Position numbers and translations under genes: made by a program. Positions 1-11,346 of a stretch of 64,000 bases of DNA are shown here, piece by piece. Source of the DNA: an uncultured bacterium (GTDB taxonomy: Bacteria > Armatimonadota > Abditibacteriia > Abditibacteriales > Abditibacteriaceae); the NCBI GenBank assembly GCA_963843795.1, contig CAWJLW010000006.1:3422375-3486374 (forward strand), in the 5' to 3' direction. The notes under the pieces are model-generated. The model worked only from the letters and a program-made list of their open reading frames with translations. It made no database searches and had not been told where the DNA came from. Within the stretch, counting starts at the first letter, position 1, and every line of letters starts with the position of its first letter.

Positions 1-1446
1 GCCATCGTTATCGTAATCGCCAACTGCCAAACCGCGGCCGATGCGAGGCCTAACTAAATCGCCCAGCAAAGCCGTATCGGTCACTTCTTCGAACCCTTTT
101 CCCGTGTTGCGCAAAAGTTGCTTGGCCTGTTCGTAGGTCACGTCCTGTCGCCGTTGTCCGGGCAGCATTTGAACGTGTCCGTTGTTGATAATGAGGTCTT
201 TCCAGCCATCGGCGTCGTAATCGAAGAACTCGCAGCCAAATGACAAAAATTTGAGATGCGACAAGCCCAAACCGGCGCTCGCAGTCACATCTTCGAAAAC
301 TCCCGGCGCAACGCGGTGGAATAAAATATTGGGTCGCTCGGAGAAATTAGTGACATACAAACTTTCGCGTCCCGAACGATCATAATCGGCAATTGCGACG
401 CCCATGCCCGCCATCGCCTGACCATTTTCGCCAAAAGCCACGCCCGCCTCAACCGCAATATCGGTAAACGTGCCATCGCCGTTGTTACGCCACAAAAAGT
501 TGGGTGTTAAATCGTTGGCTACGAAAACGTCCATGCGGCCATCATCGTTGGCATCAACCCAAGCGACCGCCAGACCACGACCTTTTTTCGCGTTGATTCC
601 GACGCGCTGCGTGACATCGATAAAGCCGCGCGCGGTATTGTGGTAAAGTCGGTGCGGCTCGGCATCATACAACAGCGGCGAACAATAATCGCGCTTGCCA
701 TCGGGCGTTTTGCACTCACGGTCGGTTTGCCAGCTCCATTGCGAGTAATAGCACACATACAGATCCAAGCGGCCATCGTTATCGTAGTCGCCCCACGCCG
801 CGCTCGTTGCATAGCCAAACGATTTTCCCAAACCCTGAGCTTTGGTTACGTCCTGCCAGCGCCCGCTGCCGCTTTCATTGCGCAGCAAATGATTGGCACC
901 GTAAGAAGTGATGAAGAGATCGTCGTAGCCGTCGTTGTCGTAATCGGCGACCGCGACGCCCTGGCCGTAACCGAAATCGCGGTCGATGCCGGAACCTTTG
1001 GTGACATCGACAAAAGTTCCCTCGCCCTGATTGCGATACAAACGACAGAACGGTCGCGGCGCGCCGGGTTTATCGCCTGTCGGACCCGACTGCACCAGAA
1101 AAATATCCAGATCGTCGTCATTATCGAAGTCGATAAAAGCACAGCCGGGCGGCGTGCTTTCCACGTAGAAGAAATCGCCCGTGCCGCCGCTGTCGTGCTT
1201 GAAATCGATGCCCGCGCGCCCTGCGACATCAACAAACAGCGCTTTGCTTTCATCTATCTCTATACTTTCTTGATTTTTCGTGCCCGAAGTACTTGCAGGA
1301 GCCGGAACAGAGTTGGAAACCGAATTTTCGGCACTTTGTGTATCGTGCCGACAACCGGTTAACGAGCCGCTCATCAGAACAATCAATAACACTAATCCGA
1401 CAAAATTCGTTGTGCGCAGCCGATGAGGAGAAAAAACACAAATCAT
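1..1446 (-). CDS. CRTAC1/ASPIC-UnbV family FG-GAP repeat lipoprotein (3' end runs off window)
   Basis: Not in the ORF track. Manual translation from ATG 1446 gives MICVFSP...SGSLTGC (lipobox), FVDVAGRAGIDFKH and AFIDFDNDDDLDIF; the same frame reads GDYDNDG at positions 21..1. Confidence 0.85.
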   Translation of the reverse strand, partial: MICVFSPHRLRTTNFVGLVLLIVLMSGSLTGCRHDTQSAENSVSNSVPAPASTSGTKNQESIEIDESKALFVDVAGRAGIDFKHDSGGTGDFFYVESTPPGCAFIDFDNDDDLDIFLVQSGPTGDKPGAPRPFCRLYRNQGEGTFVDVTKGSGIDRDFGYGQGVAVADYDNDGYDDLFITSYGANHLLRNESGSGRWQDVTKAQGLGKSFGYATSAAWGDYDNDGRLDLYVCYYSQWSWQTDRECKTPDGKRDYCSPLLYDAEPHRLYHNTARGFIDVTQRVGINAKKGRGLAVAWVDANDDGRMDVFVANDLTPNFLWRNNGDGTFTDIAVEAGVAFGENGQAMAGMGVAIADYDRSGRESLYVTNFSERPNILFHRVAPGVFEDVTASAGLGLSHLKFLSFGCEFFDYDADGWKDLIINNGHVQMLPGQRRQDVTYEQAKQLLRNTGKGFEEVTDTALLGDLVRPRIGRGLAVGDYDNDG

Positions 1447-1491
1447 GAAAGTTCAAACGCCAACCGAGCCGCAGCCGATTTGGTGTTAAAT

Positions 1492-2874
1492 TTAGTTGGC
1501 GAAATCCGCTGTCGCGTTTCTGGGATCGAAACTATTGGCCTGGTTGCCAGAGCCCGCCGCAGCCAATTGTTGAGTGGCGCTTTGAGTACGCTCATCGCGC
1601 GGTTTCAGCATCGCAGCTTTGGTGATGTGCCAGTTTGCCTGCTGCTGATTATTTTTCTGTAGCGCACGTAAACCTTGCTGCAAATGCTGTTCATACATCT
1701 TCTCCAGACGCGCTTCGGCAGCTTTGACACGGGGATCGTTGGGCTTCAATTTTTTGGCAATTTCCAAATTCTTCTCTGCGCCCAGCGGTTGCTCCGAATC
1801 CATCAGCGCCAAAGCCAATTGCAACACGGTTTCAAAGTCTTGCGGATTATTGGCGTAACGTTGACGCAGCGAAGCCACGCGCGTGTTTTGCTTTTGCACT
1901 TCTTCAAAACGGCGCAACCATTTCTGTGCTTCGGCGGGCTGCCCGAGTTGCCGATGCGCGTTGCCCATTTCAAACAGATAAACCGGATTTGCCGTGGGCG
2001 ATTGCCCGACGATTTGCAAATTCTCGATAGCTTTTTTCGGTTCGCGCGCCCTTAGAAGGACTTTTCCCAGATACAAACGCGATACGGAATCGTTCGCGTT
2101 GATTTGCAGCGCTTTTTCCAGATCGCGCCGCGCCGCGCCCAACGATTGCGCATCGCCGCCACTTTCATATTCCACCACACCACGCATCGAATACGCCGCG
2201 CCCAATGTCGGATCAATCGAGAGTAAGCGCTCGATGAAGGGCCGCGCTTCCTCGTAGTGATTCAAGCCAATCAGCGAATCGCTGAGCAAAATGAGCGTGT
2301 CGACATTTTCCGGCTCGAGCTTGGCCAGACGCTGCAAATAGGTAAGCCGCGCTTCTTCATCGCCCTGCAATTCCAGCACTTTGACCATCACACGTAAGGC
2401 ATCGCGCGCATCGGCATCGCGCTTCAATTCCATTTCGGCATAACGCCGCGCAGCTTCATTATCTTGGAGCTTGGCCGCCGCTGCCGCCAAACCGCTATAC
2501 AAACCGACGCGGCTCGAATCCAATTTTTCGACGTGCTGCAAAGCATCGTAAGCATTTTTCCAATCGTTCAATCGCACGTAAGCCTGACCCAAACTCTGCC
2601 ACGCCTCGACATTTTGCGGACTCAATTCCACAACCCGACGCCATTCTTCAACGGCGGGCGCAACTTGGCCGCTATCGAAATACTTCTGTCCGGCTGCCAG
2701 ATGCTCGCGAATTGGTGCCTGCTGGCGTTCGCTCCAAAAATTGAAACCCCACGCCGTCGCCGCGAGTACAAACAAAATCAAGACATGCTTCAGTTGCAGA
2801 CCCGCGCGCGGTGCATCGGTAGAAACGACAGATTTGGGTGAACGCGGCGCAGCAGACATAATTAATCTTGACAA
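1492..2874 (-). CDS. Tetratricopeptide-repeat protein with N-terminal membrane anchor
   Basis: Repeated TPR-like helices (AWQSLGQAY, AYSMRGVV, SRLYLGKVLL) and a hydrophobic N-terminal segment. Start may be ATG 2859. Confidence 0.85.
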   Translation of the reverse strand: MSRLIMSAAPRSPKSVVSTDAPRAGLQLKHVLILFVLAATAWGFNFWSERQQAPIREHLAAGQKYFDSGQVAPAVEEWRRVVELSPQNVEAWQSLGQAYVRLNDWKNAYDALQHVEKLDSSRVGLYSGLAAAAAKLQDNEAARRYAEMELKRDADARDALRVMVKVLELQGDEEARLTYLQRLAKLEPENVDTLILLSDSLIGLNHYEEARPFIERLLSIDPTLGAAYSMRGVVEYESGGDAQSLGAARRDLEKALQINANDSVSRLYLGKVLLRAREPKKAIENLQIVGQSPTANPVYLFEMGNAHRQLGQPAEAQKWLRRFEEVQKQNTRVASLRQRYANNPQDFETVLQLALALMDSEQPLGAEKNLEIAKKLKPNDPRVKAAEARLEKMYEQHLQQGLRALQKNNQQQANWHITKAAMLKPRDERTQSATQQLAAAGSGNQANSFDPRNATADFAN

Positions 2875-3105
2875 ATAAGAACGGACATTAACGAAAAAGA
2901 AGTGCCATTAGTTTAAAAGATGGCGCAGTTCGCTGTTTTGTCGAATGTATCGCGATTACAATACGAAACGGGTGCTGCAAGTACCTGCGCAAGCACTTGC
3001 AGCGCGCTTTGCGCTTTCAAATCTTGTTGTGGTGCAAACTTGGTATCGTTGTACGGTTTGGTATCTGGGGAATTAACTATTGAGATGCGCGAAAATGGAA
3101 AATTT

Positions 3106-5028
3106 ATGAGCGAAGTTGCGATTTCGATAACGATGCGCGTGCGCATTGTCATCGCGGTTTTAATAGTGTTGGCTGCGCTGAGCGGTTGTCGGCGAGATGC
3201 ACCGGAGCCAAGTCAGAATTCCGCCGCTCCCACTGCAATTCCAGCGAATTCTTCGGTGGATAATTCGGCGAAGAACATTTCGTCGTCGGAAAAAAACGTC
3301 GTGCAATTTGTGGATATTACGCGCGCGGCGGGCATTAGTTTCAAACACAACAACGGCGCGTTCGGGCTGCGCCTTGCGCCCGAAAACATGGGCAGTGGAG
3401 CAGCGTTTTTCGATTACGACAACGATGGTTTTCCCGATATTTTTCTGGTCAACGGGCGCGATTGGAGCGATAGCGAGCTGGCCGAGTATCGCAATCATAA
3501 CGGTCGCGAACACGTCAAACGTTACAATTTCAAAATTCCCGCGCGTCGCACTATTCGTCGCAGCGGCGGCGCGTTGTATCACAATAACGGCGATGGCACT
3601 TTTCGCGATGTGACGGCGAATTCGGGCTTGAACATCGAAATCCAAGGTATGGGCGTAGCCGCGGGCGATTACGATAACGACGGACGCACCGATTTATATG
3701 TGACGGCTTATCCGCGCAATTACCTGTTCCATAATGAAGGAGAAGGGAAATTCCGCGAAGTAGCAGCGCAATCAGGAGTGCGAAATTCGGGTTGGAGCAG
3801 TTCAGCGGCGTGGCTCGATTACGATAAAGACGGCCAATTAGATTTGTTCGTGGGCCGTTATTACCAATGGAATCCGGCGATTGATGCCTACAAAGATTAC
3901 AAAGGCCAAAAGGCGTATAGCGCGCCGGAACAATATCGACCTCAGTGCAGCCAGTTGTATCGAAATTTGGGCAAGGGGCGATTTGTCGATGTCTCGCAAA
4001 AGGCGGGCATTTGTTCCGAAGCAGCTTCAAATGCGGAAACGTCACTGAAAAGTAAAACGCTGGGCGTAGCGATTTGCGATTACGACAACGATAGCTGGCC
4101 CGACATCGCTGTTGCCAACGACCGTCAGCGTAATTTTTTGTTTCACAACAACGGCAAAGGCGCTTTCACCGAAGTGGGGATGCGCGCGAATATCGCCTTA
4201 AGCGATAGCGGACAGGAGCGCGCTGGAATGGGAATCGATGCGGGCGATATCGACCATTCCAATCGCGAAAGCCTACTCATCACTAATTTTTCCGGCGAAA
4301 CAGTAAATCTTTATCAGAACATGGCCAACGGCCTGTTCCGAGATATTGCTCCAGCTTCCGAAGTGGGACGCGTGAGCCTGCCGTTTCTCAGTTTCGGCGC
4401 TCTTTTCGTTGATACCGATAACGACGGCTGGCTCGATATAATGATCGCCAATGGCCACGTCAACGACATCGACCTCAAATTGGCACTGCAGCCGCCGCTG
4501 CTTTTTCATAATTTGGGAAAGCTTCCACAGAACTTGATGAATAGCACAAAAATCACCGATTTCGTTCCCCAATTTCGTTCGATTGGCTTGGAAAGTGGCG
4601 CGCCTTTGAGCGAGCCGATGATGGGACGCGGGCTGGCCAGTGCGGACATCGATTTGGATGGCGATGTCGATATACTCATCACCACCAACGGCGGCCCCGC
4701 TCATCTACTGCGCAACGATGGCGGCAATCGTGGAAAAGCGATTCGTGTGGTGCTCAAAGGCAGCAAAAGCAATCGCGATGCGATTGGCGCGTTGGTATGG
4801 GCCGAAATCGGCAGCGATCTGGTGCGTCGCCGCGTGCGCAGCGGCTCGTCTTACCTTTCGCAAAGCGAATTGCCGGTGGCTTTAGGATTGGGAAACGCGC
4901 CTAATGCGACGATTGTAGTGCGCTGGCCGTCGGGCAAATTGATGAATTTTCCGAAAATAGCCGCCAATCAAACTATTACCATCGACGAGAATAAGGGAAT
5001 TGTAAAGCGCCAGCCGCTCGCGCGCTGA
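3106..5028 (+). CDS. CRTAC1/ASPIC-UnbV family FG-GAP repeat lipoprotein
   Basis: Lipobox LSGC, many DYDNDG repeats, C-terminal ASPIC/UnbV motif (NRDAIGA...SYLSQS...VRWPSG). Start trimmed from the 2920 ORF; ATG 3106 or 3133. Confidence 0.88.
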   Translation: MSEVAISITMRVRIVIAVLIVLAALSGCRRDAPEPSQNSAAPTAIPANSSVDNSAKNISSSEKNVVQFVDITRAAGISFKHNNGAFGLRLAPENMGSGAAFFDYDNDGFPDIFLVNGRDWSDSELAEYRNHNGREHVKRYNFKIPARRTIRRSGGALYHNNGDGTFRDVTANSGLNIEIQGMGVAAGDYDNDGRTDLYVTAYPRNYLFHNEGEGKFREVAAQSGVRNSGWSSSAAWLDYDKDGQLDLFVGRYYQWNPAIDAYKDYKGQKAYSAPEQYRPQCSQLYRNLGKGRFVDVSQKAGICSEAASNAETSLKSKTLGVAICDYDNDSWPDIAVANDRQRNFLFHNNGKGAFTEVGMRANIALSDSGQERAGMGIDAGDIDHSNRESLLITNFSGETVNLYQNMANGLFRDIAPASEVGRVSLPFLSFGALFVDTDNDGWLDIMIANGHVNDIDLKLALQPPLLFHNLGKLPQNLMNSTKITDFVPQFRSIGLESGAPLSEPMMGRGLASADIDLDGDVDILITTNGGPAHLLRNDGGNRGKAIRVVLKGSKSNRDAIGALVWAEIGSDLVRRRVRSGSSYLSQSELPVALGLGNAPNATIVVRWPSGKLMNFPKIAANQTITIDENKGIVKRQPLAR

Positions 5029-5090
5029 AATTTCCTGCCGCGCAAACTTCAATTTCCATTTGACATTTCCCTTTTCATTCGACATCCACC

Positions 5091-7001
5091 ATGAAAATCT
5101 TTCTTCCGTTTCGCACGACCACGACCTGGCCCACGACAGCGCTAATTTGTGGGCTTGGCCTGATGCTTTCAGGTTGTGCTTCCACCAACACCGCGCAAAC
5201 TGCCGGTGAAGCCGAGCCGGTTCAGTTTTCGGATATAACGCAATCGTCGGGTGTGACATTCACGCATTACACGGGCGCGCGAGGTTTGCAATGGATTCCC
5301 GAAGTCATGGGCAGCGGTGTGGCGTTCATTGATGCCGATGGCGATGGCTATCAGGATATCTTTTTCGTCAACGGGCGCGATTGGACGGAGGCCGAAGTCG
5401 AAAATTATCGCAAAGGCAACGGCGGCCAACATTTATTGAAACATGGTTTCGCCATTCCGCCCGCACCTCCCAGAAAGCGCGCCACCTGCATCTTGTATCG
5501 TAACAACGGCGATGGCACCTTCACCGACATTACCAAAAACAGCGGGCTGGATATCGAGTTATACGGCATGGGCGTTTGCGTGGGCGACTACGACAACGAT
5601 GGCCACAGCGACATTTATGTCACGGCTTATGACCGCAATTACCTGTTTCGCAACTTGGGAACGGATCCAAATCAGAAAACCAAAGTTCGCTTTCGGGAAG
5701 TCGCACAGCAATCCAAAGTACTTGACGGTGGCTGGAGCATCGCTGCGAGCTGGCTCGATTACGACAAAGACGGAAAATTAGATTTATTTGTCAGTCATTA
5801 TCTCGATTGGAAACCCGCGCTCGATTTCTGGCTGGCGACAGGCAAAACCAAAAGTTTCGCTGGCCCCGAGCATTATAAACCGGTGACGAGCGCCCTGTAT
5901 CATAATGAAGGCAACGGTCGTTTCGCCGATGTTTCCGAGCGCGCGGGCATCACCACACAGCGCATGGGCCAGAAAACGGAGAAAATACTAGGCAAAGCAA
6001 TGAGCGTGACGGTGTGCGATTACAACAACGACAGCTGGCCCGATATCGTCATCGCCAACGATTTGATGCCCAACCATCTGTTCAAAAATAACGGCGACGG
6101 AACTTTTACTGAAACCGGCATGGCCAGCGGCATTGCTTATGGAAGTACGGGCATCGCGCGCTCGGGAATGGGTGTAGACAGCGTGGACATTGATCACACC
6201 AATCTGGAAAGTGTCGCCATCAGCAATTTTTCTTCCGAGATGGCGGGGCTTTATCAAAATCAAGGTAACGGAACTTTCATCGATGTGGCCGCCGCCGCCG
6301 GAGTTGCCGAAGTGAGCGCGCCTTACACCGGTTTTGGCTGTCTTTTCAGCGATCTTGATAATGACGGCTGGCCCGATCTCGTGTTGGCCAACGGCAACGT
6401 TTACAACCGCTTTGAATCCAGCGCTCGCAGCGCTGGACTTCGCCAGCCGCTACAACTTTTGCACAACAAAGGTAGTGAACTGGTGGCCAAAAAGGTATCT
6501 TCTCAAAAAGAGGTGCGACTCACCAATGGATTGTTTGAAGATTTGACGAAAAATAGCGGCGAAGGCTTTCAAAAGCGTTTGGTGGGACGAGGTTCGGCCA
6601 GTGCAGATATTGATTTGGATGGAGATAACGATTTGGTCGTGACTTCCAACGCCGAAGCTGCCGCGCTTTTGCGCAACGATGGCGGCAATCGCAACCACGC
6701 GATTCGCGTCGTGCTGCGCGGCACAAAAAGCAATCGCGATGCCATTGGTGCTGTGGTGTGGGCCGAAATCGGCACCGAAAAAATACGCCGTCGCGTACGC
6801 AGTAGCTCGTCTTATCTTTCGCAAAGCGAGCTGCCAGTAACTTTGGGGCTGGGACAAAATCAGCAGGCCAACGTTATCGTGCGCTGGCCCTCGGACAAGC
6901 TCAGCCGCTTTGAAAATGTTGCGGCCAACCAAATCATTACCATCGACGAAACCAAAGGCATCGTGAATAAGCGGCCTTTTGGCCAATTAAGCGCGCGCTG
7001 A
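5091..7001 (+). CDS. CRTAC1/ASPIC-UnbV family FG-GAP repeat lipoprotein (paralogue of preceding gene)
   Basis: Lipobox LSGC, DYDNDG repeats, C-terminus closely similar to 3106..5028. Confidence 0.88.
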   Translation: MKIFLPFRTTTTWPTTALICGLGLMLSGCASTNTAQTAGEAEPVQFSDITQSSGVTFTHYTGARGLQWIPEVMGSGVAFIDADGDGYQDIFFVNGRDWTEAEVENYRKGNGGQHLLKHGFAIPPAPPRKRATCILYRNNGDGTFTDITKNSGLDIELYGMGVCVGDYDNDGHSDIYVTAYDRNYLFRNLGTDPNQKTKVRFREVAQQSKVLDGGWSIAASWLDYDKDGKLDLFVSHYLDWKPALDFWLATGKTKSFAGPEHYKPVTSALYHNEGNGRFADVSERAGITTQRMGQKTEKILGKAMSVTVCDYNNDSWPDIVIANDLMPNHLFKNNGDGTFTETGMASGIAYGSTGIARSGMGVDSVDIDHTNLESVAISNFSSEMAGLYQNQGNGTFIDVAAAAGVAEVSAPYTGFGCLFSDLDNDGWPDLVLANGNVYNRFESSARSAGLRQPLQLLHNKGSELVAKKVSSQKEVRLTNGLFEDLTKNSGEGFQKRLVGRGSASADIDLDGDNDLVVTSNAEAAALLRNDGGNRNHAIRVVLRGTKSNRDAIGAVVWAEIGTEKIRRRVRSSSSYLSQSELPVTLGLGQNQQANVIVRWPSDKLSRFENVAANQIITIDETKGIVNKRPFGQLSAR

Positions 7002-7110
7002 ACTTTCTGAAGCCAATCGCATTCAGCGCTGTTGTTGCACGAATGCGTGCTTTAGCGCGCGTGTTGCGAAGAATTGTCCACAGCGCTCCTGCAAGTACTT
7101 GCAGGCACAA

Positions 7111-7146
7111 AAAACGCCGCGACGAATGAATTCGTCGCGGCGTTTT
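7111..7146. terminator. Bidirectional intrinsic terminator
   Basis: AAAACGCCGCGACGAA-tgaa-TTCGTCGCGGCGTTTT between convergent genes. Confidence 0.8.
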
Positions 7147-7169
7147 GATTGAGTCGTAAAGCCAGTGGC

Positions 7170-7952
7170 TTAGTTCCAGCGCTGTTGCAATACTTGCAAA
7201 CCGTCAATTGCTGATTGTTCGGGCGTGTCGCAGTTGATACCGTTGGGGTTCCAGTCATCGTTGCACTTGTTGTCGCCGCCACTGATGCCACCATTCATGT
7301 TGCCCCACATATTGAAAGGCGTGATGGTAGACATTGGGCGCAGAGACTTGACGTGACCGTCTGCGAACAGGTAGTTGCTCGTGCTCAAATGTCCACGGAA
7401 GCCGCCATTGGCGCCGGCATCTTGCCACTGCGTGCCCGTCCACCAAGGTGCACCGTAATCCGTCCAGTTGTAACCACTTTCAGCCACCATGATCTTTTGG
7501 GCGGCCGATTCGGGAACTGCAATGGACAACGGCGGATGGCTGCTGTCGGGCATCAGGCGAGCACTCGTCGCGTAAGAAACCGGAATATTAGGATTGGGTG
7601 CCTTGCCATCAGCCATGACTTCTGTCGAACTGTTGGAAGGACATTTGAAAAGCTGAGTGCTCTTGACGTAAGGCTGAATCATTTGCGCCCATGTGCCAGC
7701 ACCGTTGGCTCGCACTGGATAGAGCTCATCGTAATCCTGCGTGTATTGCATGATTCCCAAGCCAATCTGCTTCAAGTTGCTCGAACACGAAGCCCGTCGT
7801 GCATTTTCACGAGCGCGCGCAAAAACTGGAAACAAAATCGCTGCCAGAATCGCGATGATCGCAATCACGACCAATAATTCAATCAGGGTAAAACCCTTGC
7901 GCGTGCGGGTTGTCATTACCGGCAACGCTCCACCATCTGTTACTTTTTTCAT
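7170..7952 (-). CDS. DUF1559 protein with prepilin-type N-terminal cleavage/methylation motif and H-X9-DG motif
   Basis: [45 protein letters not shown] and [24 protein letters not shown] before ATG 7952. Confidence 0.92.
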   Translation of the reverse strand: MKKVTDGGALPVMTTRTRKGFTLIELLVVIAIIAILAAILFPVFARARENARRASCSSNLKQIGLGIMQYTQDYDELYPVRANGAGTWAQMIQPYVKSTQLFKCPSNSSTEVMADGKAPNPNIPVSYATSARLMPDSSHPPLSIAVPESAAQKIMVAESGYNWTDYGAPWWTGTQWQDAGANGGFRGHLSTSNYLFADGHVKSLRPMSTITPFNMWGNMNGGISGGDNKCNDDWNPNGINCDTPEQSAIDGLQVLQQRWN

Positions 7953-8014
7953 AAAACTCTCCTTGTGCAACGAATCAGCAAAATTTAAGCATTGCAATAT
8001 CAATCGTTAAACGA

Positions 8015-8044
8015 ATTATAAATGTCTTTACTAAACTAAGTCAA
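8015..8044 (-). promoter_or_regulatory. Sigma70-type promoter for the DUF1559 gene
   Basis: Minus strand TTGACT-N18-TATAAT in an AT-rich intergenic region. Confidence 0.7.
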
Positions 8045-8304
8045 GTAAAAACAAAATTTTTCGCAACTTTTTTTCACTTTTTTGTTCGAAGCAAAGTTTG
8101 CGATATCGCAAAGCAAAACGAACATTCACGCGTGTTTCTGCACCAATTTCGATTATCGGGCGATAATTGCGCGAACGGCTATCTTATTACTTACCCTTAA
8201 AATCGTTTTTTGTAACTTTAAATCGATAAATTTACTGATTCATGTGAAATTTACCACTTAATCAAGTCTTTATGTTCCCCGCGTTGGTATGTCGGTAGAA
8301 ACCA

Positions 8305-8360
8305 AAGCAAAAAGCGCGCTGCAAGTACTTGCGCAAGTACTTGCAGCGCGCTTTTTGCTT
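8305..8360. terminator. 56-bp perfect palindrome (tandem GCAAGTACTTGC doublet) downstream of clpC
   Basis: AAGCAAAAAGCGCGCT-GCAAGTACTTGC-GCAAGTACTTGC-AGCGCGCTTTTTGCTT, 16 bp after the clpC stop. Confidence 0.8.
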
Positions 8361-8376
8361 CTTGACGACGGTAGTT

Positions 8377-11028
8377 TTATTCCATCATTTTCGACAAACG
8401 ATCATCATCCCCATCTGCCGGAGTAACATCGCCACTTTTTTCGACAGCTACGGTTTGCGCTTCCGAATTGTCGGCATCCACGTTTTCGGTTTCCACGCCA
8501 TCGACGTTTTCGATGCCTTCGTCTTCGCCCGGCAATTCGGTCAGAAACACCGTTTCACCATTTTGCGCGTCAACGTAAATCGTGTCGCCCGCTTTGAAGT
8601 CGCCCATCAACAAACGCTCGGCTAATGGGTCTTCGATCAAGCGTTGCACCGCGCGACGCAGCGGACGCGCGCCAAACGCGCGGTCGTAGCCTTCTTTGGC
8701 CAGCAATTCTTTTGCGCCTTGCAACAATTCCAGTTTGATGTCGCGGCGGCCCAATTCTTCGGTCACGCGCTGGCTCATCAAATCGACGATGGTCAAGATT
8801 TGTTCCTGATTGAGGTGATGGAACACGATAACTTCATCCAGACGGTTGCGGAATTCAGGACGGAAGCCTTTGGCGAAAGCGTCCATCACGCGCTTGTTCA
8901 TTTCTTTGTAAACCGCATCGGAATCTTTGCCCTCAACGCTCATGTCACGGAAACCGACGTTACGGTCGTTGATGCTGCCCGTGCCGATGTTGCTGGTCAT
9001 GATGATGACGGTGTTCTTGAAATCGACCGTGCGGCCCTGCGCATCGGTCAAGCGGCCATCGTCGAAAATTTGCAACAAGGTGTTGAAAATTTCGGGATGT
9101 GCTTTCTCGATTTCATCGAACAAAACTACCGAATAGGGGCGACGGCGCACGGCTTCGGTCAACTGTCCACCCTCATCGTAACCCACATAACCGGGAGGCG
9201 AGCCCAACATCCGGCTGACGTTGAAATGTTCGGAATATTCCGACATATCCAAACGCACCAGCGCCGCTTCATCATCGAAGAGGAAGTGCGCCAAACTGCG
9301 CGCGAGTTCGGTTTTGCCGACACCGGTTGGGCCGACGAACATGAAAACACCAACCGGACGTTTCGGGTCTTTCAAACCGGCGCGACCACGACGGACGGCC
9401 TTGGCGATGACTTTGATCGCTTCGTCCTGACCGACCACGCGCTCGTGCAGCTCTTCTTCCATACGCAGCAATTTCTGCGTTTCTTCTTCGGTCAGCTTAC
9501 GCACCGGTACGCCGGTCCATTCGCTGACGATGTGCGCGATATCATCATCGCTCACCACAGGGCGGCTTTCATCGCTTGAACGCTCTTCGCGCCACGCGTC
9601 TTCGGCAGCCTGTAATTTGCCTTCGAGCTCGACGCCCTTATCCCGCAGCTCGGCAGCTTTTTCGTATTCATCGCCTTCAACAGCGGCTTCTTTTTCGATG
9701 TTCAGCTCGGCTAATTCCTTCTGCAAATCGCGCAGGCTTTGCGGTGGCAGCGCGACCTGCAATTTGACACGCGAAGAAGCTTCGTCAATCAAGTCAATCG
9801 CTTTGTCCGGCAGTTGGCGCGCAGTGATGTAACGCTGCGAAAGTTCGACCGATTCTTTGAGAGCTTCGTCGGTAATTTTCACGTTGTGAAATTCTTCATA
9901 ACGCGGGCGCAAGCCTTTCATAATTTCCAGCGTGTCTTCGGTCGTGGGTTCGGGCACCAAAACCATCTGAAAACGCCGTTCCAGAGCGCCACTTTTTTCG
10001 ATATATTTGCGATATTCGTCCAGCGTCGTCGCGCCGATGCAGCGCATTTCGCCGCGCGCTAAAGCCGGTTTCAGCATATTGCTGGCGTCAATCGCGCCCT
10101 CAGCGGCACCCGCGCCGATGATGGTGTGCAATTCGTCGATAAAAACGATAATTTTGCCGTTGCTGGCGCGGATTTCTTGCATGATGCGCTTCATGCGCTC
10201 TTCAAATTCTCCACGATATTTAGTGCCCGCGACAACCGTTGCCAAATCCAGTGCGATGAGTTTTTTGTCTAACAAGGGTTCAGGAACATCACGCGACACA
10301 ATGCGCTGGGCCAACCCTTCGACGATGGCGGTTTTGCCGACACCTGGCTCACCAACCAGAACCGGATTGTTTTTGGTGCGACGGCACAAAATCTGAATCG
10401 CGCGTTCAATTTGCGGCCCGCGCCCGATGACCGGATCAAGTTCGTTGTCCAGCGCCATCTGATTAATATCGCGTCCGAACTGATCCAGAGCCGGAGTTTG
10501 CGAGCGACCGGTGCGACCTTTTTCGCCGCGTTCCCCACGCTCGCCGCTGCGCTCGCTGCGTTCGCGCTCGCTTCCCGATTCCAACGAAGGTGATTCCGGG
10601 CCAAGATATTCCATAACCCGCGTCCGCGTTTTTTCCAGATCGAGGCCCAGCTTACGCAGCACCTTGGCCGCCAAGCCATCTTTTTCGCGCAACAGCGCAA
10701 GTAACAAATGTTCAGTGCCAATATAATTGTGTCGCATACGTCGCGCCTCGTCGGCGGCGAGTTCGAGCACGCGCTTGGCTTTGGGTGTCAGTTTGGGTTC
10801 GGGCGCGTTGGAACCTTCGCCGGTTTCGACTTCGGATTCAATTTCGCCCCGCACCTTTTGCAGATTGACGCCCATTTTTTGCAGCACCTGCGCGGCCACA
10901 CCTTCATTTTCGCGTACCAGGCCGAGTAATAAATGTTCAGTTCCCACATGAGCCGAGTTCATTTTGCCGGCTTCTTCTTGCCCCAGCAAAATCACTCTGC
11001 GCGCCCGTTCGGTAAATCGTTGCCACAT
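8377..11028 (-). CDS. clpC: ATP-dependent Clp protease ATP-binding subunit ClpC
   Basis: [12 protein letters not shown]lp-N repeats, two AAA modules ([16 protein letters not shown]), short UVR-type middle domain, GARPLRR. Confidence 0.95.
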   Translation of the reverse strand: MWQRFTERARRVILLGQEEAGKMNSAHVGTEHLLLGLVRENEGVAAQVLQKMGVNLQKVRGEIESEVETGEGSNAPEPKLTPKAKRVLELAADEARRMRHNYIGTEHLLLALLREKDGLAAKVLRKLGLDLEKTRTRVMEYLGPESPSLESGSERERSERSGERGERGEKGRTGRSQTPALDQFGRDINQMALDNELDPVIGRGPQIERAIQILCRRTKNNPVLVGEPGVGKTAIVEGLAQRIVSRDVPEPLLDKKLIALDLATVVAGTKYRGEFEERMKRIMQEIRASNGKIIVFIDELHTIIGAGAAEGAIDASNMLKPALARGEMRCIGATTLDEYRKYIEKSGALERRFQMVLVPEPTTEDTLEIMKGLRPRYEEFHNVKITDEALKESVELSQRYITARQLPDKAIDLIDEASSRVKLQVALPPQSLRDLQKELAELNIEKEAAVEGDEYEKAAELRDKGVELEGKLQAAEDAWREERSSDESRPVVSDDDIAHIVSEWTGVPVRKLTEEETQKLLRMEEELHERVVGQDEAIKVIAKAVRRGRAGLKDPKRPVGVFMFVGPTGVGKTELARSLAHFLFDDEAALVRLDMSEYSEHFNVSRMLGSPPGYVGYDEGGQLTEAVRRRPYSVVLFDEIEKAHPEIFNTLLQIFDDGRLTDAQGRTVDFKNTVIIMTSNIGTGSINDRNVGFRDMSVEGKDSDAVYKEMNKRVMDAFAKGFRPEFRNRLDEVIVFHHLNQEQILTIVDLMSQRVTEELGRRDIKLELLQGAKELLAKEGYDRAFGARPLRRAVQRLIEDPLAERLLMGDFKAGDTIYVDAQNGETVFLTELPGEDEGIENVDGVETENVDADNSEAQTVAVEKSGDVTPADGDDDRLSKMME

Positions 11029-11236
11029 ATTGGTTTGCTCCTTGAATCACTTCTTAATGCGCCGCAAGTACTTGCAACGCGTTTTCATTGTCTGAAAGTG
11101 TAGTGTGTTTGTGTGAACACTGTGTTTCATGATACAAGTACTTGCATCATGAATTGTCATTTTATTGCTTTGAAAATCTCCATACTTTCAACGATTGGTT
11201 TTGCCATCAGTGTGAAATGTCGCTTGCGCACAACCT

Positions 11237-11270
11237 AATCGCCTCCCACAAGTAATTGCGGGAGGCGATT
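11237..11270 (-). terminator. Hairpin downstream of the CARF-like gene with a degenerate palindrome at its apex
   Basis: AATCGCCTCCC-ACAAGTAATTGC-GGGAGGCGATT. Confidence 0.6.
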
Positions 11271-11346
11271 GCTATGATTGGCAGGAGATTTTCAGAATTG
11301 TATTTATAGACCCATTGTGCGCAAATGCGTTCCACTTGCCGCCATT

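Noticed and set aside
11029..11346. CtsR or CIRCE operator upstream of clpC
   Set aside because: No GGTCAAA direct repeats or TTAGCACTC-N9-GAGTGCTAA found.
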